From the sequence record MN794232.1: DNA of 64,000 nt; one strand, 5' to 3'. Positions 49,220-57,418 of the stretch are shown in pieces. The notes under the pieces were generated by a model. It saw nothing but the letters and a program-made list of their open reading frames with translations. It made no database searches and was not told the origin of the DNA. The translations under genes were made by a program, and so were the position numbers. Numbering within the stretch: the first letter of the stretch is position 1; every line of letters starts with the position of its first letter.

Positions 49220-49444
49220 TTAATGTGCTAGACTCATCAAACGGCGCATACGTTCGCGTTCTGAAAGCTCATCCAAATTATCTACTTTCACCTCTTTGAC
49301 TTCTTCTTTCGGCTCTTCTGGCTCATCTTTTTTACGAGCATCAGGACCGATGTTTTTCCAAAGTGGACTATTGCGCCAGTTGTCGTTGAAACCATTGCCT
49401 AGACCACGACCTTCGCGTGCGTGCGATTTGTTATGAATGCTCAT
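49220..49444 (-). CDS. hypothetical protein
   Basis: coupled ORF. Confidence 0.6.
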   Translation of the reverse strand: MSIHNKSHAREGRGLGNGFNDNWRNSPLWKNIGPDARKKDEPEEPKEEVKEVKVDNLDELSERERMRRLMSLAH

Positions 49445-49647
49445 TATTCGTTTGATTTCTTTGTTACTTGTCTTGCAATACCTACAGCAGCAGCACCAGC
49501 AGCTACTTTAGCACCTGTCTTTGCCGCTTTACCGGCTTTCTTTGCACCAGATTTGACTCGATCTTTGATAGAACGTTTCTTTTTCTTATCTTCTGGTCGA
49601 GATTCTTCAATTTCTGACATGAATTTGTCAAAGGTCTTTTCACTCAT
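49444..49647 (-). CDS. small basic protein, possible internal head protein
   Basis: MSEKTFDKFMSE; K/A-rich. Confidence 0.65.
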   Translation of the reverse strand: MSEKTFDKFMSEIEESRPEDKKKKRSIKDRVKSGAKKAGKAAKTGAKVAAGAAAVGIARQVTKKSNE

Positions 49648-49754
49648 GACTCTTATCTCCAGTTAGTTGAGTTCATCTGTATTTAGAAGATATTTCACAT
49701 CATTCACTCTATGATGATAAATACATAAAGTAAACAATAAAAGAGAATCGAAAA

Positions 49755-50093
49755 ATGGCATTCACTAAGATCGAACTCCCCGCAAAGAGAAGCAGAAGAA
49801 GCATTTATATACCTGCGGGTCAGTACTATGCAGATCTAGACATGACACACCCACAACAACGAGACGGTAATTATTTTTCAGTTCTTGCAACGTTTGGGGA
49901 TGTGCAGATTGCATTCGGCGGGAGATGGTATGACAAGAAAAATCCACAAGACCCCGATGACCCGTTGCCTTCATTCCCTGAAGATTTCATTTTAGTTTCG
50001 TATAATGGACATTATGAAGCACAAGGCAATTTATTCAACACGAGCACTAGAATTTGGTTTAGTTCGATTTCTGGCTGCACACTACTATATTAA
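49755..50093 (+). CDS. hypothetical late protein
   Basis: GATAAATA upstream. Confidence 0.65.
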   Translation: MAFTKIELPAKRSRRSIYIPAGQYYADLDMTHPQQRDGNYFSVLATFGDVQIAFGGRWYDKKNPQDPDDPLPSFPEDFILVSYNGHYEAQGNLFNTSTRIWFSSISGCTLLY

Positions 50094-50102
50094 GGACACA
50101 AA

Positions 50103-51818
50103 ATGAGTTCTATCAATTTACCTGGCGGAGGACAACCTCTACCAAAATACGTAGAAGAAGCGCCTGCAAATGGGTTGCTATATGGACGTAAAGATGAGAC
50201 ATGGGAGCCGATTCCTGAAGACTCACTAACGCCGTTTCCATTAGGTGCGACCCCTAATTCATTCGATGCAAGAACCGGCGACAGAGACGCAGCAATCGCT
50301 CTAAGAGACGCTCATGCATCAGAAAACCCGTCGTGGGTTGCGTTTTATGTAAACAACCCGACATCGGCGATTGACCTTGTATATGAAGACATTTCGGTTG
50401 GCGGAACCGTTGCTGAAAGACAAACGTATACAGGAACACAATGGATTTCACAGCGTATTGTTGAAGGCATACCAGGTCCGATTGGGCCATCAGGTGAAGG
50501 GTCAATTCCCCCATTCGCGTCGATTGCCGAGCGAGATTCATTCTTCGCGTCATCGGGGAATAAATCACTATTGAAAAAAGGTTTGCCTGTATTCGTTCAA
50601 GAATTTGAAGGTCGAGCAAGCTCATATTATTGGAGAGGCGAGACAAACCCAAATACGTACGATGCTTCTAAGTTCTCACTAGCCGCAGTTCAATCAGGGA
50701 ACGGTGATTTATACTTAGCAAATACGCATAGAATATCTTCGTCAGGACAGAATATAGCAGTAACTAATATCATCGACAACGTGAGCTTTCACCCCGTATG
50801 GCAGACATATGAAGAAGGGAATACTGCAACGGTACGTGTGCGTTCTATCGAGTCTGTCAATGAATACTCAGATAAATCAGCACAGATAACTAACCCAAGA
50901 TGGGAACTAATGCAGATGCCAAACAACAGAACGTTATACTCAGTTGTAGTTGATTTTGTCAATGCATACGCTGAAATTGATGTTGTCGTTTATAAAAACA
51001 CAGATGAATATTATCAAACTAAAATATTCGATATTACACCAGGAGAAGTTGATGTATTAATCGAGCCACCGTTTGACATTCGTTCAATGGACACACTTGA
51101 GATTGAGTTGCGCAACCCGAACTTAGATGTTGTAGTATGGGGTAACTTATCAACAGGCATCCCATGGAATAAACCAACAACACGTGATTTTACCGACGAG
51201 ACGGTTGTAATTCAATCTGATTTAGATGCAGTCGAAACAAGAGTAAGTGACATCGAAGCAAACGCGATTGTCATCGGGGATAATGTTTCTAAGCTGACAA
51301 ATGACGCGGGATATATTAGCGACAAAGACATCATTTTCCAGAAGAGCAATAATACAGGAACTAATGTGTTAACGCTAAACGGGGCAGGTGATGAGGGTAC
51401 TATCCCACTATCACAAACCGATGAAAACGGTGTGTTATTCGAATACTCGTCAACTACTGGCAATTTCAGACCGCTTGAAGATAAACCAATGCACATTAAA
51501 CTTAGAATAAGTATTGATCGTTCTGGGGGTGGGTCAAATCCTGAGATTATAACGTGGGTTGAATCAGCAGCGACAGACACGACAGTTCCTAATGCTTTCA
51601 CACAAGAAACATCGGCATTTCGCATGGATGACCTGCAAACCGACCGTACATTATTTTTAATTGATACGATTTTAAATATGAACTCAAGTCGTTATTATCG
51701 CATAAGACTTCGTAATTTAAACGGCGATAATTTTGATGTTGATACATTCGGCCCGTTTGCAACAAGTTCGGGTAATGATATTTTTGCACCCGCAGTTGAG
51801 TTTATGATTAGTAGATAA
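50103..51818 (+). CDS. fibre-like virion protein with N-terminal foldon-like motif
   Basis: YVEEAPANGLLYGRKDETW; GIPGPIGPSG; coiled coil; VSKLTNDAGY. Confidence 0.7.
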   Translation: MSSINLPGGGQPLPKYVEEAPANGLLYGRKDETWEPIPEDSLTPFPLGATPNSFDARTGDRDAAIALRDAHASENPSWVAFYVNNPTSAIDLVYEDISVGGTVAERQTYTGTQWISQRIVEGIPGPIGPSGEGSIPPFASIAERDSFFASSGNKSLLKKGLPVFVQEFEGRASSYYWRGETNPNTYDASKFSLAAVQSGNGDLYLANTHRISSSGQNIAVTNIIDNVSFHPVWQTYEEGNTATVRVRSIESVNEYSDKSAQITNPRWELMQMPNNRTLYSVVVDFVNAYAEIDVVVYKNTDEYYQTKIFDITPGEVDVLIEPPFDIRSMDTLEIELRNPNLDVVVWGNLSTGIPWNKPTTRDFTDETVVIQSDLDAVETRVSDIEANAIVIGDNVSKLTNDAGYISDKDIIFQKSNNTGTNVLTLNGAGDEGTIPLSQTDENGVLFEYSSTTGNFRPLEDKPMHIKLRISIDRSGGGSNPEIITWVESAATDTTVPNAFTQETSAFRMDDLQTDRTLFLIDTILNMNSSRYYRIRLRNLNGDNFDVDTFGPFATSSGNDIFAPAVEFMISR

Positions 51819-52149
51819 AAGAGCCTTTCGGCTCTTTTAATTTGCAGAAACAAAAAAACCTGCTCAAGGCAGGTTTAGATGTGCAATACACAGACATTCG
51901 AGAATTGTTTTATCGTCTTTCCTTAAATCTCAATTGACTATCTCGATGTTTCTCATCAAGAGAATACCCATGATTCGGCATGAGACCTATTTCGTTTTAC
52001 AGTACGAACACCGTCTTAATGGTCATTTCCTACCACGAGAATGCGACAGGCTCACGTCATCACTGAGAAAGCAGCTAGTGCGCCTCATTACTATTAAAGT
52101 TTGCTTCTTTGATTAGTAATAGTTGCTGTACAATGTCTTATTGCGAATT

Positions 52150-52238
52150 TGGCGGAGATACTGGGAATCGAACCCAGAGAACGCTATTAACGTCCGACAC
52201 CTTAGCAGGGTGCTGTCATACCTTTAGACCATATCTCC
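52150..52238 (-). tRNA. tRNA-Ser(GCT)
   Basis: cloverleaf, long variable arm, CCA. Confidence 0.93.
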
Positions 52239-52243
52239 GTAGA

Positions 52244-52423
52244 TTATTTTTTACCACGCTCTGCTTTGCTAATCTCGACAGCAGCGATTTGTGCGTTTGC
52301 TTCTTTCTCAGTATCATGAGTACCAAGTACTCTACCTTTAGATGAAAGAGCAACCCATTTGTCGCCACGCTTCTCGACTTTCTCAACAAGCTTGTGATAT
52401 TCATCAAATGTTTTAAGTTTCAT
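52244..52423 (-). CDS. 59-aa probable internal head protein (not in ORF track)
   Basis: MKLKTFDEYHKLVE...; GAGG RBS; TATAAATA at 52449-52456. Confidence 0.7.
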   Translation of the reverse strand: MKLKTFDEYHKLVEKVEKRGDKWVALSSKGRVLGTHDTEKEANAQIAAVEISKAERGKK

Positions 52424-52625
52424 GTGTCATCCCTCAGTTAGTTTATTGTATTTATAACTGAACGACTTTTAAACAGTGGCATGCTGCTCTCATGCTCAGA
52501 CACATATTTGCTCTTATTGCAGGCGTGTGCCACGCGCAGCGCAGATCCCTTTTGATAATTTAATGACCAGCGGGACTCTTAGCAGGTCTATTCACTCTCT
52601 TTCGATTCGCGTTGCTAAGTGAATT

Positions 52626-52702
52626 TGGTGCCCAACCCGAGATTCGAACTCGGAACTTCTAGTGTTTGAAACTAGCGACTCTGCCAATTGGCCTAGTTGG
52701 GC
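52626..52702 (-). tRNA. tRNA-Leu(CAA), short variable loop
   Basis: CTAGT-TTCAAAC-ACTAG; CCA. Confidence 0.88.
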
Positions 52703-52706
52703 TTGA

Positions 52707-52809
52707 ATAAGCTGCCGCAACTCTTTAATCCCTAACACCTGTCAGCTTTCGCTCGGCTGAGACCGTTTTTCAACGGCGGTAGTCTAGCTTCGTATAGAAC
52801 GCGGCTTAT
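52707..52809 (-). ncRNA. candidate structured RNA
   Basis: closing ATAAGC/GCTTAT stem; two GAAA-capped hairpins. Confidence 0.45.
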
Positions 52810-52818
52810 GCTAGAGTT

Positions 52819-52895
52819 TGGTACGCACGGGCGGATTCGAACCGCCATCCCTGAGATTTTAAGCCTCATGCCTCTGCCAATTGGACCACGTGCGC
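52819..52895 (-). tRNA. tRNA-Leu(TAA), short variable loop
   Basis: TGAGG-CTTAAAA-TCTCA; CCA. Confidence 0.88.
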
Positions 52896-52897
52896 AT

Positions 52898-52971
52898 TGG
52901 AGCCCGAACAGAGAATCGAACTCTGACCGCGGGATTTGCAATCCCTCATACTTCCATTATACGATTCGGGC
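52898..52971 (-). tRNA. tRNA-Cys(GCA)
   Basis: cloverleaf, CCA. Confidence 0.92.
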
Positions 52972-53074
52972 AATATGTTAGTGCATTGCATGAGCTACTG
53001 GCGATCTTAATGGGTATTTCAAGCATTCAGAATTCCCATGCGCTACTACAATGCTTTTTTCGCTAAATGCACTT

Positions 53075-53151
53075 TGGGGTGACAGACGGGGATCGAACCC
53101 GCATCTTCCGGAATCACAACCCGGGGGTATTTCCACTTCACCCACTGCCAC
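53075..53151 (-). tRNA. tRNA-His(GTG)
   Basis: cloverleaf, C73; position -1 is T. Confidence 0.9.
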
Positions 53152-53205
53152 ACCAAAGTACACTTTGGGATGTTTACGACATCAAACGAATGCGCTCCCT
53201 GTGCA

Positions 53206-53448
53206 TTAATCAGATTTCTTTAAGTAGATACTATCAGGCGATAATTCTCTTGTAAACATATTTTTGAAATAAATTTCAATGTCTGCTTCAGTTGTTGAAG
53301 ACTCAATTTCAAGAGCACGCTCAAGAATCTTGTTACGCTTAAACCCAGCTCGCCAACAATCAAACATAAGTCTGTCCATACGTTGAAGCTTTTCAATTTG
53401 ATTCGAGTTTACGTATTCGTGAGTTTCAAGTAATGCAGGCGTATTCAT
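53206..53448 (-). CDS. hypothetical protein
   Basis: ORF between tRNAs, start MNTP. Confidence 0.55.
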   Translation of the reverse strand: MNTPALLETHEYVNSNQIEKLQRMDRLMFDCWRAGFKRNKILERALEIESSTTEADIEIYFKNMFTRELSPDSIYLKKSD

Positions 53449-53472
53449 AATATAGTTCTCATCATAAAAGAA

Positions 53473-53546
53473 TGGTAGCCCCTGACGGATTCGAGCCGTC
53501 TCTACTTCTGTGTAAAAGAAGCGTACTCCCATTATACTAAGGGGCT
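53473..53546 (-). tRNA. tRNA-Val(TAC)
   Basis: cloverleaf, CCA. Confidence 0.9.
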
Positions 53547-53552
53547 AGAATT

Positions 53553-53628
53553 TGGAGCGTCTACACGGATTCGAACCGAGACGAGTGACTTGGAAGGACA
53601 CCATGCTACCAATTGACATCATAGACGC
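53553..53628 (-). tRNA. tRNA-Gly(TCC)
   Basis: cloverleaf, CCA. Confidence 0.9.
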
Positions 53629-54053
53629 ATTGTTAATCTGAAGCATCAAACAAATCACGTATAGCACGTAGATTTGTAAGCTCTACTGTAAGTGTTCTAA
53701 TAAAGAACGGGTTGGTCTCTTTTGCGAGACGTTTTTCAACATCACGAATTTTATCGCGAATGTTGCCCTTGCTTAGTGTAAAGTAGTCATGCTTCTTTCT
53801 CTTCGTTTGAGGTTAAAATCAGGTTAACGTGCTCATTCACTTCTTGCTCGATTTGCCACTGTTCGTAGACATACTCAGCGTATAAAAGTGTTTCGTACAT
53901 GTTCACCCTTTTTGAATGAATTTAAGCTTACGTTTAAGCTTGCCACGAGATTTATGTCGCTTACACAGTTTAGCACCGTGATAGCTATGATATTGATAAA
54001 AGCTAGTTAGCTTCTTATACAATGATTTCATGCATACCTCATGTTTTTGAATT

Positions 54054-54129
54054 TGGTGGAGACACCGATACTCGAAATCGGATCTAATGGCTTATGAGAC
54101 CATTGCTCTACCACTTGAGCTACATCTCC
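54054..54129 (-). tRNA. tRNA-Met(CAT), probably elongator
   Basis: cloverleaf, CCA. Confidence 0.85.
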
Positions 54130-54155
54130 AAAATCAGTAATTAACTCATTTAATC

Positions 54156-54475
54156 GCACACGGGCTGACACCATATATTTATGGTCTGAGCGAGGAACCA
54201 CATAGTGGGTACTGTCACCTCATCTTAGTTTTGATTGTTTTACATGACGATAACTAGAAACGTTCATAATAATGCCACGCGATACTTCCTGTATCACGGC
54301 TAACTGAGTTAGCAAACTTGCCTTGCGGCTGTAGTGTCGTTTCCGACGAATTAAGTACAGACAATACCGAAGTGTTTTTTCGTCTTTTGCATTAATCGGA
54401 GTTGACTAGCTTATTGATTCTCAACAAGCAAATATCGTCTGTTTCAGCGACGCGCCTATCTGACTATTTCTAGGC
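54156..54475 (-). ncRNA. candidate large structured ncRNA (about 320 nt)
   Basis: no ORF; at least 8 hairpins incl. C(UUCG)G, GAAA and GCAA tetraloops. Confidence 0.6.
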
Positions 54476-54576
54476 AGAGAGAATCTTTCCTTTCAAGCTG
54501 CGCCGAAGCACTACCCAGGTTAAGATCATCACTTCTTTTAAGTAATTTTCAATTGTTTGCTGTATATTGTCTCTCT
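54476..54576 (-). ncRNA. CAGCAA-module RNA G
   Basis: AGAGAGA/TCTCTCT closing stem, ATACAGCAAACAAT. Confidence 0.6.
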
Positions 54577-54634
54577 AATCATACTCATGATATGCCGAAG
54601 CAAAGTATCATTCGCCGCATGATAGAGCTTAATT

Positions 54635-54710
54635 TGGCATCCCCAGAGGGATTTGAACCCACAACCCACGACTTAGAAGGTCGTTGCTCTTCCAATTGAG
54701 CTATGAGGAC
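54635..54710 (-). tRNA. tRNA-Arg(TCT)
   Basis: cloverleaf, CCA. Confidence 0.93.
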
Positions 54711-54786
54711 ATTAAAAGAATTCGATCCATGAGCTATTGCGCAGACGATGGTAGTAAAGAGACTCTGCACTCATGTGATCGAAATT

Positions 54787-54861
54787 TGGTGGACACGCAG
54801 GGAGTCGAACCCTATCCTCCTCATTGCAAGTGAGGCGCTTTCCCAATTAAGCTAACGGCCC
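54787..54861 (-). tRNA. tRNA-Ala(TGC), imperfect acceptor stem
   Basis: G3-U70 present; stem pairs only with a bulge. Confidence 0.75.
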
Positions 54862-54871
54862 AATGTTCGTT

Positions 54872-55081
54872 TTACAACTGTGTGATTGAGATATGATCCC
54901 ATCCGTATAAACCTTCAAGTTCTTCAATAGGCTCACAAACAATGTCAGAAATATATTCAGCAACTTTTGCTTCAATTTCTTCATCAGATAGCTTTTCATC
55001 AATTGCAAAAGCATCTTCATTATTGTTGCCACCGAAATAGCCGCCAATGTCATATTCACACCATACTGAAATATAGTTCAT
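54872..55081 (-). CDS. hypothetical acidic protein
   Basis: GAGAATAACATG; MNYISVWCEYD. Confidence 0.65.
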   Translation of the reverse strand: MNYISVWCEYDIGGYFGGNNNEDAFAIDEKLSDEEIEAKVAEYISDIVCEPIEELEGLYGWDHISITQL

Positions 55082-55105
55082 GTTATTCTCACAGTTGTTT
55101 GAAAA

Positions 55106-55181
55106 TGGTGCCCTGACACGGATTTGAACCGCGAACCTGCTCATTACAAGTGAGCTGCACTGCCAGTTGTGCTATCAGGGC
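55106..55181 (-). tRNA. tRNA-Thr(TGT)
   Basis: cloverleaf, CCA. Confidence 0.93.
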
Positions 55182-55187
55182 GTTACT

Positions 55188-55300
55188 GAGTGTTATTACT
55201 TGCGTCGTCCAGACCAGAGATACCAACTCTGAAAGGGAATCGAACCCCAAACATTTCTTTTCGTAAGAAGAATATTAGTAATTGTTTGCTGAAAACACTC
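55188..55300 (-). ncRNA. circularly permuted tRNA mimic (YrlA-like) RNA F
   Basis: terminal stem, CAGCAAACA bulge, inner stem, variable-like hairpin, T arm, capped acceptor hairpin, D-like hairpin. Confidence 0.75.
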
Positions 55301-55309
55301 TTCGGTATT

Positions 55310-55383
55310 TGGCAGGGGATAACGGATTCGAACCGGTACTGCGTGAGTCAAAGTCACGTATGCTGCCTTTACATCAATCCCCT
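55310..55383 (-). tRNA. tRNA-Gln(TTG)
   Basis: cloverleaf, CCA. Confidence 0.92.
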
Positions 55384-55402
55384 ATTATTCTTAAATTATC
55401 TT

Positions 55403-55478
55403 TGGCGGAACCGACGGGGCTTGAACCCGCTTCCTTTCCCGTGACAGGGGAATATGCACCCAGTTACACCTCGGCTCC
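55403..55478 (-). tRNA. tRNA-Asp(GTC)
   Basis: cloverleaf, CCA. Confidence 0.93.
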
Positions 55479-55550
55479 CCAAAGACAACTTAAAGTAGTT
55501 GCTTTGTTTTTTTTTCAAGTTCACACTTAACGGCAGTGACTCTCCGAATT

Positions 55551-55626
55551 TGGCGGACCGCCCGAGACTCGAACTCGGAACTCCTCGCTTAACAGGCGAG
55601 CACTCTAACCATTGAGTTAGCGATCC
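55551..55626 (-). tRNA. tRNA-Asn(GTT)
   Basis: cloverleaf, CCA. Confidence 0.93.
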
Positions 55627-56000
55627 ATATTCTTTTGTAATGCGTGTTCTTCACGATGGCAGTTAGAACAAAGCATAATGCACTTATCTAACTCAGTTTC
55701 GATTCTCGACCATGATATAGTCTGACTAGAGATACCGAAATCTTTCTCGTTTGGATCAAGATGATGAAACTCTAATGCTTCAATGCATCTATCATACCCG
55801 CATCGTTCACAACAACCACCTTTATATTCAACGGCTCTTAGTTTAGCACGCTTTCTATAAGAAATGACTGCTTCTTTATTCTTTCGTTTTCGTTCAGCAT
55901 CAGTGTGCTTTCGTCGATTCTTACCGTTGTATAAACCAGCACATCGACGACTACAGAATTTATTAAGTGCGTCTGCACCACACTCTAAGCATTTATTCAT
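55617..56000 (-). mobile_element. HNH endonuclease in tRNA cluster
   Basis: CLEC..CSRRC; CERCG...LEFHHLDP...LCSNCHREEH. Confidence 0.85.
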
Positions 56001-56144
56001 TTTTTGAGTTACCTATTTAAGTTTAAAAGATAACTCAGTGATAAAGTGTTTAGGCGCCACATTCGTAAGTGAATGACTCTATTACTACTTAGCAATTACA
56101 TTCAAGCGTTACCAAGAATCATGCCACGTAGCTTTAAATTAAAC

Positions 56145-56202
56145 AGCAATCCTTTTCTCTTTTTGCAAATAAAAGTTTTGTATTGTTTGCTGAAAGATTG
56201 CT
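56145..56202 (-). ncRNA. minimal CAGCAA-module RNA H
   Basis: AGCAATC/GATTGCT stem, TTTCAGCAAACAAT. Confidence 0.55.
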
Positions 56203-56208
56203 TAATTC

Positions 56209-56282
56209 TGGCAGGGACATAGAGATTCGAACTCTAACGAACGGGTTTGGAATCCGCCATGCTGCCGTTACATCATGTCCCT
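56209..56282 (-). tRNA. tRNA-Trp(CCA)
   Basis: cloverleaf, CCA. Confidence 0.9.
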
Positions 56283-56288
56283 AAAATT

Positions 56289-56362
56289 TGGTAGCCCCAG
56301 ACAGACTCGAACTGTCAACGTGCGATTATCGGTCGCGTGTTTTACCGTTAAACTATGGAGCT
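56289..56362 (-). tRNA. tRNA-Ile(GAT), C at position 33
   Basis: loop CCGATAA. Confidence 0.85.
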
Positions 56363-56426
56363 AAAGTGAGCACATTTCAGTGCTCGTGTTAATCGGTTAA
56401 GTGACTAAACTTCCCGGTTAACTAAT

Positions 56427-56525
56427 TGGCGGAAGACTAGGGATTCGAACCCTAACATCACCTCCCGGTGACCGACGGTTTTCAAGACCGTTGCCGCTAC
56501 CCAGAATCTTTCGGCTAAGCCTTCC
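56427..56525 (-). tRNA. tRNA-Ser(TGA), enlarged D loop
   Basis: 99 nt, long variable arm, CCA. Confidence 0.88.
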
Positions 56526-56532
56526 ATTAATT

Positions 56533-56608
56533 TGGTAGCGAGTGCCAGAATCGAACTGACCTAAACTAGCTTATGAGACTAGTGAGTTCACCAGAACTCT
56601 AACTCGCA
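56533..56608 (-). tRNA. tRNA-Met(CAT), initiator-like
   Basis: 1:72 mismatch and A11-U24; lacks the three G-C anticodon-stem pairs. Confidence 0.75.
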
Positions 56609-56710
56609 ATTATTCAACAGCTTGCGTTCTTTGGTCTGTTTATCGCTGTCTGAACTGAGTTCGCCGAGCGATCAATAGATTAAGTTGAATTGCAGTATGC
56701 AAGCTAAATT

Positions 56711-56796
56711 TGGTGGAGCGTAGAGGAATCGAACCTCTCTTCCCATTACGGGACACGGATTTACAGTCCGCTGCCGCACCTTGCGGCTTACGCTCC
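56711..56796 (-). tRNA. tRNA-Tyr(GTA)
   Basis: cloverleaf, variable arm, CCA. Confidence 0.93.
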
Positions 56797-56802
56797 AGAA
56801 TT

Positions 56803-56876
56803 TGGTACTCGATACGGGAGTCGAACCCGTCCTACTTCCTTGAAAGGGAAGTGACCTACCGATAGTCGAATCGAGC
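56803..56876 (-). tRNA. tRNA-Glu(TTC)
   Basis: cloverleaf, CCA. Confidence 0.92.
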
Positions 56877-56939
56877 ATTAAATTGTATATTGATTTGCAA
56901 GCTAATCAACTCGCAAAGCGATACACAATGTATCTAATT

Positions 56940-57016
56940 TGGTACGCCGCCCTGGACTCGAACCAGACACCTGAGAGTTAAAAGCTCCCTGCTCTTCCAT
57001 GATGAGCTACCGACGC
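56940..57016 (-). tRNA. tRNA-Lys(TTT)
   Basis: cloverleaf, CCA. Confidence 0.92.
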
Positions 57017-57027
57017 ATTATAAAATC

Positions 57028-57102
57028 TGGTGGGTCGCAAGAGATTCGAACTCTCACCGTTCTGGTTAAAAGCCAGATGTACTACCGTTATACGAACGAC
57101 CC
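57028..57102 (-). tRNA. tRNA-Lys(TTT), second copy
   Basis: cloverleaf, CCA. Confidence 0.92.
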
Positions 57103-57108
57103 AGAATG

Positions 57109-57183
57109 TGGTGCACCCCCTCGGAATCGAACCGAGCACTGCGGGACTTCAATCCGTCGCTTTTCCTGATAAGCTAAGGGTGC
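57109..57183 (-). tRNA. tRNA-Phe(GAA), distorted anticodon arm
   Basis: GGA-TTGAAG-TCC gives a 6-nt loop, or a mismatched stem with a 7-nt loop. Confidence 0.65.
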
Positions 57184-57184
57184 A

Positions 57185-57262
57185 TGGTACGCAAGAAGAG
57201 ATTCGAACTCTTAACTTCTGGTTTCTAAGACCAGTGCCTCTGCCAGATTGGGCTACTTGCGC
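57185..57262 (-). tRNA. tRNA-Leu(TAG), short variable loop
   Basis: CTGGT-CTTAGAA-ACCAG; CCA. Confidence 0.88.
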
Positions 57263-57297
57263 ATTGTTTGTTTTTGAACGTTACTTCGTTCTTCTTC

Positions 57298-57418
57298 ATT
57301 GTACATGATGTTTATATCGTTGTAAACATCTTTTTTGAAAAACTTTTCATTAACTTTTGAATGATATTTCGCTTTTCTCTATTGTACATGATGTTTATAT
57401 CGTTGTAAACATCTTTTT
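57298..57418 (-). repeat. exact 38-bp direct repeat = tandem promoters
   Basis: 57298-57335 and 57381-57418; TTTACA-17-TACAAT with 8-bp inverted repeat. Confidence 0.85.

Noticed and set aside
52520-52590. Pistol-ribozyme-like layout (hairpin, TTAAAT, pseudoknot, GCG)
   Set aside because: Could not find the P2/P3 pairing and cleavage-site context; kept only as a generic pseudoknot.
52626-52702. Possible selenocysteine tRNA (TCA seen in loop)
   Set aside because: The 7-nt loop TTCAAAC centres on CAA; no 8-bp acceptor stem or long variable arm.
54330-54400. tmRNA tag-like GCAAAAGACGAAAAA (AKDEK...) on the minus strand
   Set aside because: Frame runs on without an ALAA-like end and the region lacks tmRNA acceptor and T-arm ends.
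56041-56135. Further ncRNA between HNH gene and element H
   Set aside because: Only one short hairpin (CATTC/GAATG) and no closing stem or motif.
57298-57418. CRISPR-like repeat
   Set aside because: Only two copies, a promoter consensus explains them, and there are no cas genes.
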